A DNA stretch of 64,000 nucleotides from Candidatus Poribacteria bacterium. GTDB lineage: Bacteria; Poribacteria; WGA-4E; PCPOR2b. This document shows positions 40,697 to 49,362 of the stretch, one piece after another. The notes below the pieces were generated by a model. The model saw only the letters and a list, made by a program, of their open reading frames with translations, made no database searches and was not told where the DNA came from. A program made the translations under genes and the position numbers. Positions within the stretch are counted from its first letter, which is position 1. Every line of letters starts with the position of its first letter. Where the stretch lies: contig OZ244042.1 of the NCBI GenBank assembly GCA_965215015.1, forward strand, positions 544,001 to 608,000. The letters are read 5' to 3'.

Positions 40697-40868
40697 TAGA
40701 TCTCCTTTCGGATGAAAGTTAAAAAGTGTTATTAAACTGACATATTCCCCTGCCTAAGTCGGAGGATTCACATCCTAACCCCCATTTTTAGTTGGCAGAT
40801 TGTGGTATCAACGATACTTGCCATCTGAAATGATGGCATTATAACTTTCTTTAATGGCCGATGTCTCG

Positions 40869-40983
40869 TATCAACCCAGTGGCGTAGCAAGTTAGGGAAC
40901 GGCGTAGCAAGTTAGGGAACGCAAATCTGCGTTCTGCACGAGAAATCGTAGCATATTTTCATAAGAAACACAAGTTTTTTGTT
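40869..40983 (-). promoter_or_regulatory. Sigma70 promoter plus palindrome, copy 1 of a duplicated module (contains a 20-bp tandem duplication at 40881-40920)
   Basis: TTGTGT (40973-40968)-17 nt-TACGAT (40950-40945) with extended TG, then GAACGCA-gatt-TGCGTTC. Homologous to 44502-44595. Confidence 0.7.
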
Positions 40984-41035
40984 GAGATATAGATCGAGGT
41001 TGGCTTTCTATTCCGCCTCTCCTTAATTAGTCTAA

Positions 41036-41959
41036 CTACAGTTTGACAGAATCATACACTTCCGTAATTGAGAAACTGGGTAACGGTACATTCATCAACA
41101 TCTCAACAACACCATTCAGCGAAGGGTTGTCCCTCCAACCAATTTCCGCTGAAGCAGGAATAGCTACAACACCCAAAGGCTGCGAAAAATCCTCTCTCGC
41201 GGCAATGGGTTTAGGACTTAAGAGCTGGGCATCTGTCATCAGTTCGGGGGAAGCATCATCGATTGCCATTGTTGTGAGGGCATCACCCTCGCTAATAGGA
41301 TCTGGTTGGTAACCTTCCCACCTTGACAGTTCTGTGAGTGATTCAATAACTTCAATTTCTTTGTCGGAGCCCTGAACAACATGTTCAGGGAAAGCCTGTG
41401 AGATTTTAACAAGTGGCTCCCGGTTACTGATTAACTCTCGATTTTCACTCTGCTGCAGGGGAGCGGTCGGCTGGACTTTCAGGACCTGCGACAAGTTTGC
41501 AGTGTTAGAGCGATTCTGTTCTTGAGGTTGGAAGAATTGATACGCAGACAGACTAACAAGAACAGCGAGCAGCATCCACGCATAAACAGGAGATTGCTTA
41601 GCCCAGCGTATGGGAAAACTAATTAGCGTCCAAAAAGAATAGATAGACTGATGTAAAAACTCTTGGAATCTCCAAGTGATTGCACGCGAAAGCGCAGTCG
41701 CACCCCACCATACAGGACGAGAACGCTTTTCAATTATCCGCTGCAACTGCTCCCCAAATTGGTCATAATAACCTTCCGGGGGTTGTGGAGGCGCATGAAG
41801 ACGAAGCAACGTCTCTGTCCGCCGCAAAGATTCCAATTCGAGTTGGCAATCTCGACAAAATCGCAGATGTTGAGCTACGATCATGGTTTGCCGACTTGAA
41901 AGTGTGTAGTCTATATAATCCGATAAACACCGTTGAATTGAACGGCATTGAGGTTTCAT
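41036..41959 (-). CDS. zf-HC2 transmembrane anti-sigma factor
   Basis: C...LSDYID...HLRFCRDC, a TM helix, and position directly downstream of an ECF sigma gene. Confidence 0.8.
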   Translation of the reverse strand: MKPQCRSIQRCLSDYIDYTLSSRQTMIVAQHLRFCRDCQLELESLRRTETLLRLHAPPQPPEGYYDQFGEQLQRIIEKRSRPVWWGATALSRAITWRFQEFLHQSIYSFWTLISFPIRWAKQSPVYAWMLLAVLVSLSAYQFFQPQEQNRSNTANLSQVLKVQPTAPLQQSENRELISNREPLVKISQAFPEHVVQGSDKEIEVIESLTELSRWEGYQPDPISEGDALTTMAIDDASPELMTDAQLLSPKPIAAREDFSQPLGVVAIPASAEIGWRDNPSLNGVVEMLMNVPLPSFSITEVYDSVKL

Positions 41960-42030
41960 GATTTCCTCGTTATGTTTCTATTGTTGCTAAGATAACCCAT
42001 ATAATCGCTGGAGTATATTTATAGTGCATT

Positions 42031-42633
42031 TCAGTTGGCTTTTGTTGGAGGAAAGTCTGCGGAATCCACATAAGGCTTCAACAGATCTCTCAGTTTTTGC
42101 CTAGCGTAATGCAGCCGGGAACGCACTGTTCCCTCAGAGCAGTTGAGAATTGAGGCGATTTCTGGGTGCGTTAAGCCTTCAAACTCGTGAAGAATCACAA
42201 CGGTTCTTTGCTTGAGTGGCAAACTATTTACCGCCTGGGTGACCCACCTTTGTCGCTCTTTTCTTTCAAGGTTCAGGTGAGGATTACTCGTCAACTCTGC
42301 GGTCCACCTCAGATCCGGACGAATCTCCATTTCGCTGGTGGCTGAAAGCGGAGATTCACGACGGCGCTCTCGACGCTTGACAAGATTCGTGGCATGGTTG
42401 ACGACAATACGATAAAGCCATGTTTCAAAAGCAGCATCCTTGCGAAAGCTATGAATGGATTCATACACTTTCAGAAACGTATCTTGCATGACATCATTCG
42501 CGTCTTCATGGTTTTTTGTAATCTGCATCGCGACCCGATAAACGAGTCGCTTGTACTTTTCAACCAGAATCGCTAATGCCGCCATATCTCCTTCACGGAG
42601 TTCATCAATAAGCAACGTTTCGATTCGTTCCAC
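42031..42633 (-). CDS. ECF RNA polymerase sigma factor
   Basis: DANDVMQDTF, FETWLYRIVVN, EIASIL.CSEGTVRSRLHYAR. Confidence 0.95.
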   Translation of the reverse strand: MERIETLLIDELREGDMAALAILVEKYKRLVYRVAMQITKNHEDANDVMQDTFLKVYESIHSFRKDAAFETWLYRIVVNHATNLVKRRERRRESPLSATSEMEIRPDLRWTAELTSNPHLNLERKERQRWVTQAVNSLPLKQRTVVILHEFEGLTHPEIASILNCSEGTVRSRLHYARQKLRDLLKPYVDSADFPPTKAN

Positions 42634-42669
42634 AGAACTTTCTCCCTGATTTTGCTGCTCTCAACTATT

Positions 42670-42698
42670 TTAGACAACTCAACTTCAAGAACCGTTCA
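42670..42698 (-). promoter_or_regulatory. Putative ECF (autoregulatory) promoter
   Basis: TGAAC-18 nt-GTCTAA just upstream of the sigma gene, matching the generic ECF AAC.../GTC architecture. Confidence 0.5.
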
Positions 42699-42727
42699 AA
42701 AAAAATTTTAGCAGATTTTGATCTTTT

Positions 42728-43037
42728 TAGGACTTACACAGTTGAACCCTCGAAGCCAACACTAGAAAAGGGCGCGCAATGGTCATGGCCGGTTGAGACA
42801 TGACTAGTGCGCTATAGTCATGGTATCCTCGGTGATTCATCGCCGGTGAACATGCCTCTCAACGCCCGATTCATCGGGAGGCAACAGCTAATCTCAAAGT
42901 AATAGGCACGCTCCGCCCTGCCATCATTGGCATAACGGTTACGGCATACGCCGTATGCCTACTACTGTCGGGTGATTTAGCGTCTATGGTGACGCGGATT
43001 GAAGGGCGTTACGACAAACTCAACTACGCAACTCCTA
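42728..43037. mobile_element. Degenerate MITE of the same family as 449-640, 310 bp
   Basis: Ends TAGGACTTACACAGTTG and CAACTACGCAACTCCTA (imperfect TIRs), flanked by 5-bp direct repeat CTTTT (42723-42727, 43038-43042). Confidence 0.7.
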
Positions 43038-43157
43038 CTTTTATTAAAAAGCTAGATTGAATGAATGTTATTTTACCAGATTCCGTATTCCTTGTAAAGT
43101 ACTTTGAGGGCGATTTTGCTGACAAACTTGCATGGCATATTGGAAATTTCCAAGATC

Positions 43158-43194
43158 AAAAAAAGGGCAACATGCCTGTGACACGTTGCCCTTT
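43158..43194 (-). terminator. Intrinsic terminator
   Basis: AAAGGGCAAC...GTTGCCCTTT followed by TTTT on the minus strand. Confidence 0.85.
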
Positions 43195-43226
43195 ATTTAA
43201 ACATTAAAACCGTAAGAACGGCTTAT

Positions 43227-43973
43227 TTATTCTTTTGGTTTGGTAACGAAGGTAATCTTTGCTGCATTTTCATTACCAGAACCGTCTTTGACAGCAATCT
43301 CAACGATGTAGGTTGTCTCGTTAGCGAGTTCCTGTCCTGCAATCGCAGTCAACGTTGCCGTTTGACCGGCCACACTTGCCTGCCAATTGAGGTCAGCACC
43401 AGCTTCATCGGTCAGCTTAACGGTTCCCGAGATAGGTTCATCGAAGTCAAACCGCAGACCGCCTTGATTGATTGGCGCGGGGTCGACATCTGCATCCCCA
43501 TCATTCACCGTTTGAGCGGTAAATGCCGGCGGTGTTGTATCCGGGTCTTTAACGGTATAAGGACCAACTGCTTGAGAGCCGGTACTGCCGCCTCGGTTTG
43601 TCCACTCAATATTCAGACTTTGCCCCGGTCCTTGCTGCAACGCCGGCGACGCAGTCCAGTTGATTCCAGCTCCGGTGGCTGCAGCACCATTGACTGTCGC
43701 CGCGGTGACCCCCTGATCAAACGTCAGTGTGAACTGGGTATTCGAGGGAATTTCCGCGCCCCCTGGAGCAGGATCTACCGTGACTGTTGTTGCATCCGGT
43801 GGACCCGCATCGTCGTCATCGTCGTCATTTGCTACATCATTATTATCATCATTATTATCATCATCATCATCATCACCACAACCGGTGACCATGAAGGCGA
43901 CAAACATGATAGATATTATAAGGGCTAATACGCCCCAGAATTTGTGCTGCGTGAGTTGGTACATTTGTTTCAT
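43227..43973 (-). CDS. Lipoprotein with Asp/Asn-rich linker and bacterial Ig-like (Big_5-type) domains
   Basis: Lipobox VTGC, poly-D/N tract, DTTPP...V.DG...VDP...FDE.I...L...TTY...V.D.SGN...F.T. Confidence 0.8.
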   Translation of the reverse strand: MKQMYQLTQHKFWGVLALIISIMFVAFMVTGCGDDDDDDNNDDNNDVANDDDDDDAGPPDATTVTVDPAPGGAEIPSNTQFTLTFDQGVTAATVNGAAATGAGINWTASPALQQGPGQSLNIEWTNRGGSTGSQAVGPYTVKDPDTTPPAFTAQTVNDGDADVDPAPINQGGLRFDFDEPISGTVKLTDEAGADLNWQASVAGQTATLTAIAGQELANETTYIVEIAVKDGSGNENAAKITFVTKPKE

Positions 43974-44384
43974 GTCTCCTAATTGTTTGCCGCAACCCTT
44001 TTTTTATATGCTAAGGTTTATGAATCTCATGTCGTGTGAACTTTTCGTGCTCCTCATTTATATGAGAGTCTCTCAAGTCCAGTTGACTCCGTTCTGGCAA
44101 GGGCGAGTTGCGACTGAAAAATAGTAACTTGCTTCCAACGAAGCCAGACATCAAAAGCATTCATAAAATGGTCATTTTGACCTTTGCGTTTCTACTCGCG
44201 GTGACCTTTCATACTTTCGGAAAGCACCCCGCGTGTGGCCACAACGCAGGTTAAACGTTGTTTATCCATTTAGCCTATCAAACTTTGTGATTTTTGTAAA
44301 GAGAAATCTTCACATTTTTTCACAAAATTTTGATTTCTAAACGTTTGATGGGCGATATTCTACCAAACTTTCTAAAAAAAGTAA

Positions 44385-44595
44385 AGTGAAAAAAACGAAA
44401 AAGGCGATATTGTCTACGACAAAATCTAAATTGACATATTCTATTGTCTTAGATTCGGGGTAATTCGCTTCTTGGTATATCCCATATACCAAGCCAATAC
44501 CTATCACCCCAGCGGGGTGGTAAGTTCGGGAACGCAAATTTGCATTCCGTATAGAAATCGTAGCATATTTGCTTAAGAAACACAAGCTTTTTGTT
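44385..44595 (-). ncRNA. Candidate sRNA/leader behind copy 2 of the duplicated promoter module
   Basis: TTGTGT (44585-44580)-17 nt-TACGAT (44562-44557), then four hairpins and a U-rich tract. No credible ORF. Confidence 0.4.
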
Positions 44596-44657
44596 TTAAT
44601 GCGGGAGGTAGGGGTCTATAAGAACCTCCTCAAAATTAGATTTGAACCTTTGTATTC

Positions 44658-45596
44658 CTAGAACAGATTCATCTGTTCCCCCGTAAGGTGAGCGGATTGA
44701 ATCTGTTCTAGACGATTAGAGTCCGATAAAGCATCAACGACCTTATCCAGCTGGTTCGGCGAGATAGGGTAAGCCCCCTGCTGAATGAGTTTGCGTGGGC
44801 CCTCACTTAATCGAGAACGACTCTCCCAATTACAAGCAAACACGAGACGCCCTTGTTCCAAAGCAAAGCCTGCTGTCCGAATCGCCCCACCGTTCTCATT
44901 CGCTTCAACAACAATAATTGCTATCGAAAGCCCACTGATGAGGCGATTCCGAAGGATTAGATTGGCCGGTGTCGGTTGAGTCGTAAATGGGTGTTCGGAA
45001 AAAAGTGCACCGTTTTCGCAGATCCAATCAGCAAGTTTCCGTTTTTCGCTGGGATAGATTGAAAGCAGATCGCTCCCCACGACACCAACCGTTGTACCAT
45101 TGGTGGATAATACCCCTAAATGTGCGGAGGTGTCAATCCCTTTGGCAAGTCCACTAACGATGGTTACCCCTGCTTGAGCCAGCCGTGTTGAAAGTTCAAG
45201 CGTTGTCAAGATTCCCGGCTCCGTGGGATCTATTGTGCCGACAATAGCGACAGCTTTCTCGCTGACCGGGGATAAATTCCCTTTTTTACAAAGGATTGCT
45301 GGGGCGTTCGGGATTTCCTTGAGTTGCGCGGGGTAGCCGTCGTCGTCAACACAGAGAATGTCAATGCCGCGACTTTTGAACCACTTAATATGCCGGCGGA
45401 ATTCAGCGACCCGTATTCTTGCCTTTAAGATTCGCGCTGCTAACAGTGGGTTAAGGAGTGGGATCCGTGCGATCTCGGAAAGTTCTGCATCAAAGATAGC
45501 TTCAATTGTCCCAAAACGATTGAGCAAGCGCTTAATTCGCATTGGTCCCACACCGTCAACTGACGCGAGTGCGAACCAAAACTCTTGTCCGGCCAT
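44658..45596 (-). CDS. dprA: DNA-processing protein DprA
   Basis: YP.QL.EI..AP, VAIVG, VSGLAKGID..AH, RNRLISGLS, VVEA...GGA..TA..A.EQGR. Confidence 0.95.
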   Translation of the reverse strand: MAGQEFWFALASVDGVGPMRIKRLLNRFGTIEAIFDAELSEIARIPLLNPLLAARILKARIRVAEFRRHIKWFKSRGIDILCVDDDGYPAQLKEIPNAPAILCKKGNLSPVSEKAVAIVGTIDPTEPGILTTLELSTRLAQAGVTIVSGLAKGIDTSAHLGVLSTNGTTVGVVGSDLLSIYPSEKRKLADWICENGALFSEHPFTTQPTPANLILRNRLISGLSIAIIVVEANENGGAIRTAGFALEQGRLVFACNWESRSRLSEGPRKLIQQGAYPISPNQLDKVVDALSDSNRLEQIQSAHLTGEQMNLF

Positions 45597-45706
45597 AATC
45601 CTTTGCCAACCTTAGTGTTCTTTCTTTAATTATATAGCAGAAATGGAAGGGACATAATCTCAACGTCAAAAGATAGAAATTCCCTAATATTTTGGAAGGG
45701 AAAAAC

Positions 45707-46966
45707 TCATTTGTACACATAACGGCGTGCCAGAATAACCGCATGCATCTGGTGCTGAGCTACATCAATTCGCAAAGGGGATTCGCGGGGATGGTTTTGT
45801 ACCCCGCCTAGTGCAAGCGGATTATCTGTCGGATGGCTGCGTATAAATCCGTTCATTAGTGGACTACCGACCTGCCACGAGGTCAATTTTTTCAAGCCAG
45901 TCTCAATAACATGGGCGAATTTCTCGATATGCTTGGTGTCATTGCGCTGCAAAGCAAGTTGATAGGCATGGATAATACCTTCATAGGCATACGCGGTATT
46001 TCGTCTTCGTTTTAGGGTCTTGTGAACGTCAATCATCCAATTGGCAAGGTCAATAACGTAATCACCGTACTTCTCTGTATCATGCCAGCCGGAGGTGGCA
46101 ATTTCAAAGAAAACCATGGAACTCCACTGATAGTATCCCTTCGTTATAGACGAATCCGGATCTTTCTGAAGGGCTTCTTGAATATTGTGGCGATAGCCAG
46201 CATCGGCAGAAGCGATGATAATAGATTGCAGATCTTCGCGTCCCATATACTTCGCCGTTTTAATCAGTGCAAGAAGGGATTCACCATCAAAATAGGGAGA
46301 GGGCTGCCCGTAAGGGTGTCCGCTGGAGATACTGTAGCTTCGATGCCAAAGCCCCGCCTTCGGTTGCGTTCGTATACGCGCCCTGATGAGAAATTTAAGA
46401 TATTCTTCGAGAAGTTGCCGATAGTTTTGAAATTTTTCCTCGGAGATCCAAGATTTAGCAGCACGCAGGTAATCAATATGAGAGAGCGCACAGAGTGCCA
46501 CAGTTCCTATACGTCCGGCCTCCTCCCCCGGATAGGTTACATAGCGGTGACCGTCGTGGGTGAGTTTAGAGTTTTGGGCGAAGAAATCCATCGCTTTCTC
46601 GACCGCTGCTCCGACTTCTGGATTCGGTGAATCGTTATATATCGTCGCTAATCCCCACATCGCTCCAGCCTGCCGCACCTGACTGTCACCGGGGTCATAA
46701 GTTTTTTTAACCCAATCGTAAATATAGGTAAAATTACCCTCCGGCTTCTGGTGATTGAGCATAAACTGCGTACCCAGTTCAAGCGAACGGTCAAGAATCG
46801 TACGGTTTAGCGGTTTCGATTGATCGGAATCACAAGAGAATAGTAGTAGAGTAAGAGACGTTACGAAACCTATCACCCCCGCCACCAGGGGAATGTGACG
46901 TAATAGTTTTCTCGTTTTCATGGTCAGCTCAGTGTTGTTTTTGTTAATAATATCCTTTTTGTTCAT
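45707..46966 (-). CDS. Exported alpha/alpha-barrel-like protein of unknown function (paralogue B)
   Basis: Lipobox-like LFSC and motifs GNFTYIYD, VRQAG, YFDGES, NTA.AYEG, RIDVAQH. Confidence 0.7.
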   Translation of the reverse strand: MNKKDIINKNNTELTMKTRKLLRHIPLVAGVIGFVTSLTLLLFSCDSDQSKPLNRTILDRSLELGTQFMLNHQKPEGNFTYIYDWVKKTYDPGDSQVRQAGAMWGLATIYNDSPNPEVGAAVEKAMDFFAQNSKLTHDGHRYVTYPGEEAGRIGTVALCALSHIDYLRAAKSWISEEKFQNYRQLLEEYLKFLIRARIRTQPKAGLWHRSYSISSGHPYGQPSPYFDGESLLALIKTAKYMGREDLQSIIIASADAGYRHNIQEALQKDPDSSITKGYYQWSSMVFFEIATSGWHDTEKYGDYVIDLANWMIDVHKTLKRRRNTAYAYEGIIHAYQLALQRNDTKHIEKFAHVIETGLKKLTSWQVGSPLMNGFIRSHPTDNPLALGGVQNHPRESPLRIDVAQHQMHAVILARRYVYK

Positions 46967-46972
46967 AACATC

Positions 46973-48307
46973 CTACTGAAAGCGATTGACACCTTGCACA
47001 ACGGGCGGTACTTTATAAATAAAGCGTAACCCCTTTGCAAAGCTACTAATCGCATGTTGTGTGTTATCAATCCGTAATTGAGAGTCGGTGAGGGTCTTGC
47101 GAAAGCCGCCCTGTGCCATATTGGGACGTTTCAAAGTGGCAACATCGGATTCCCCGTATTGGAGCATGAACAGCCAGCGATATCCCATTTTTGCACGTTC
47201 TTGATAGAGCCACAGTCGCCCTGCCTCCCCTATCAGGCGTGCAACATGGATGGCGTCTCCCAGTCCCTCCATGTAACTTGCCGTATTCGCAGAAGGCACG
47301 CTATGAAAGCTGCCATAAGCCTCATCATCCGCTTCTAAATTTTGTTGCGTCAGCAGTTGATCGCTTAAGAAAAAAACATAGTCAGCGTATTTCTGTTCCC
47401 CGGTTTGCTCATAGAGCGATGCGAAAGCGGAAATGGTCCACGGGAGGAATGCGTGCGACTTCCATTTTTCACCATAATAGAAATCTAACGCCCAATCCAT
47501 ACTCTTTTTATATCGGGTATCCCCAAAAGCCTGATACATGCTCGCTAACGCATAAAGTGCTTCACCGGGGTAAATCCGCGATTCCCAACCGGAGGTTTTC
47601 TCATACTCGTAGTCGCCGCGATACACATAGGTACTCTTATATTGGCCCGTGTTATATTTTTCCTGTAGAAACAGGATCATGTTTGCTAGTTTTGTCAAGA
47701 TTGCATCAAATTCGGGCGTCCCTGTTAGCTGACGAATTTTGAGCATCGTCAGCATGGGGAGGCTAATTCCGCCGAGCTTTGCCTTCTGACGGAAAAGGAA
47801 GTAGGCTTTGTCAGCATCGAGTAACTCCGTAAAAGCCAACAGATACTGAACACTCTTCCGCGCTGCCTCCAAATAACGGAGATCGCCCGTCATTTCATAA
47901 ACTAACGCCAGCGAAAATGAGGTGCCTGCTTGGCGCAGAAAGTTATCATCACTTTTACTGCTGAACTTGTCCCCAATAGGATCATACCAGTATTGAAACC
48001 GTCCGTAGGGTTCTTGCATACCGACGATCCAATCGGCACCGAGACGCATTGAACGCTCCAGTGTTTCTGCGGTCACATGCGCGTAGCGTTCAGGCTGCGG
48101 CGCCGGAGGGAAAATATTTTTCCAGAATCGTTTAATTTCTAAGTTAACCGCTCGGTGTTTCTCAGATCCGGAAAGATTTTTCCAGTATTTCCACTCTTTA
48201 GGATACTGACGCGTCAGATAGTAACCTGCTCCAATTCCAGTGACCAGTAAGGCCAAAAACACTATACCTAGCACTCGGAACTTACGGAGAAATTGATCAA
48301 TTTTCAT
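46973..48307 (-). CDS. Membrane-anchored alpha/alpha-barrel-like protein of unknown function (paralogue A)
   Basis: N-terminal TM and motifs GRFQYWYD, LRQAG, YPGEA, NTASYMEG, RIDNTQH. Confidence 0.7.
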   Translation of the reverse strand: MKIDQFLRKFRVLGIVFLALLVTGIGAGYYLTRQYPKEWKYWKNLSGSEKHRAVNLEIKRFWKNIFPPAPQPERYAHVTAETLERSMRLGADWIVGMQEPYGRFQYWYDPIGDKFSSKSDDNFLRQAGTSFSLALVYEMTGDLRYLEAARKSVQYLLAFTELLDADKAYFLFRQKAKLGGISLPMLTMLKIRQLTGTPEFDAILTKLANMILFLQEKYNTGQYKSTYVYRGDYEYEKTSGWESRIYPGEALYALASMYQAFGDTRYKKSMDWALDFYYGEKWKSHAFLPWTISAFASLYEQTGEQKYADYVFFLSDQLLTQQNLEADDEAYGSFHSVPSANTASYMEGLGDAIHVARLIGEAGRLWLYQERAKMGYRWLFMLQYGESDVATLKRPNMAQGGFRKTLTDSQLRIDNTQHAISSFAKGLRFIYKVPPVVQGVNRFQ

Positions 48308-48468
48308 TGGTTCTCCTGTTGCGTATTTTTATTTATTTTATCATGCACTAGAAAAAATTGAAAGCGAAAAAAGTCGCCTATGTCCGAAACTTCTATTGGT
48401 CAAGCAGCTGTACAGTATTGTATCAGAGTTCAGTCGAGCTTGAATGCTATCAAGAGGTCAGCGTTGCA

Positions 48469-49128
48469 TCATTTTGATATGGCACGCTCAATAGACCAAT
48501 GCCGGTCAGAGCTTTGAACGACAATAGCGTCGGCAAGGCTCGTTTGATCGAGCATCACTTCGATTTCGGGAATGGTAAGGGCGGCGAGAAAGGAATCGTA
48601 GAAGAGCTTCTTTTGGTAGAGGGTATCGTCAGCGGCGTAACGGTCAACGAGGGCTTGGGCGGCTTCAGGCGTATCAGGACGCATTAGGTCGCGGATGAGA
48701 ATTAATCCGCCGGGACGAATGATACGGCTGATCTCCCGAAAGGCGGCCATCGGATCGGGGAGGTGATGGATAATGCTGTTGGAAATCACACCATCAAATG
48801 ATAGATTGGGATAGGACAAGGATTTTGCATCAACACATTCCAATGCAATCCGATCCGCCAACCCGGCTTCAGCGACGTGCTGCTCGCCGAGTGTAAGCAT
48901 ATTTACTGAGAGGTCAATCCCGGTGATTCGGATCTTGGGGCAACGCTGGGCTAAAAAGATGGGAATGTGGGCGGGACCTGTCCCAAGATCGAGAAAATGT
49001 CCTTCACTCGCACCAAGCTCAACCACACGCTCCACGAATGCTGTGTTGACAGCAGAGTGATCCATGGCGTCATACGCCTCCGCTTCTTCACGGGTATCCA
49101 TCACTTCGGGTTCTAAAATACGCTTCAT
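48469..49128 (-). CDS. Class I SAM-dependent methyltransferase
   Basis: RILEPEVMD, LDLGTGPA, GIDLS, FDGVISNSIIHH, RPGG...RDL. AAGGAG RBS. Confidence 0.9.
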   Translation of the reverse strand: MKRILEPEVMDTREEAEAYDAMDHSAVNTAFVERVVELGASEGHFLDLGTGPAHIPIFLAQRCPKIRITGIDLSVNMLTLGEQHVAEAGLADRIALECVDAKSLSYPNLSFDGVISNSIIHHLPDPMAAFREISRIIRPGGLILIRDLMRPDTPEAAQALVDRYAADDTLYQKKLFYDSFLAALTIPEIEVMLDQTSLADAIVVQSSDRHWSIERAISK

Positions 49129-49176
49129 TGACTCTCCTTTCGGGTTGTTCACTCCATAAAAAATATCGAATCTTAC

Positions 49177-49362
49177 TGGCAAGACCCCGTGCCCTTAGGC
49201 TAGGGAAAGCCTGTTAGATGATACCTAACAAGCTTTGGGCAGAGCGTTGTCCATTGTGAGAGCAATTGTCAGACGGACTTCGGTTCGCTGTCGTGTTGAC
49301 CGCACCATTCGATACCCTAACGGATAACAATCCCTACCCTTCAGGATGTGGGAATACGTCAA
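49177..49362 (+). mobile_element. Non-autonomous IS200/IS605-family (IS608-like) mini-element with TnpB reRNA-like scaffold
   Basis: Begins after TTAC (49173-49176), left hairpin CCCCGTGCCCTTAGGCTAGGG, right hairpin TCCCTACCCTTCAGGATGTGGGA ending in GTCAA. No transposase or tnpB ORF. Confidence 0.7.

Noticed and set aside
40881-40920. 20-bp tandem repeats (also 31062-31101) as a possible CRISPR array
   Set aside because: Only two adjacent units, no spacers and no cas genes.
44170-44235. ACGCAAAG and GAAA loop suggesting a c-di-GMP-I riboswitch
   Set aside because: The GGCAAA-P2-GACGCAAA architecture and tetraloop receptor are not present.
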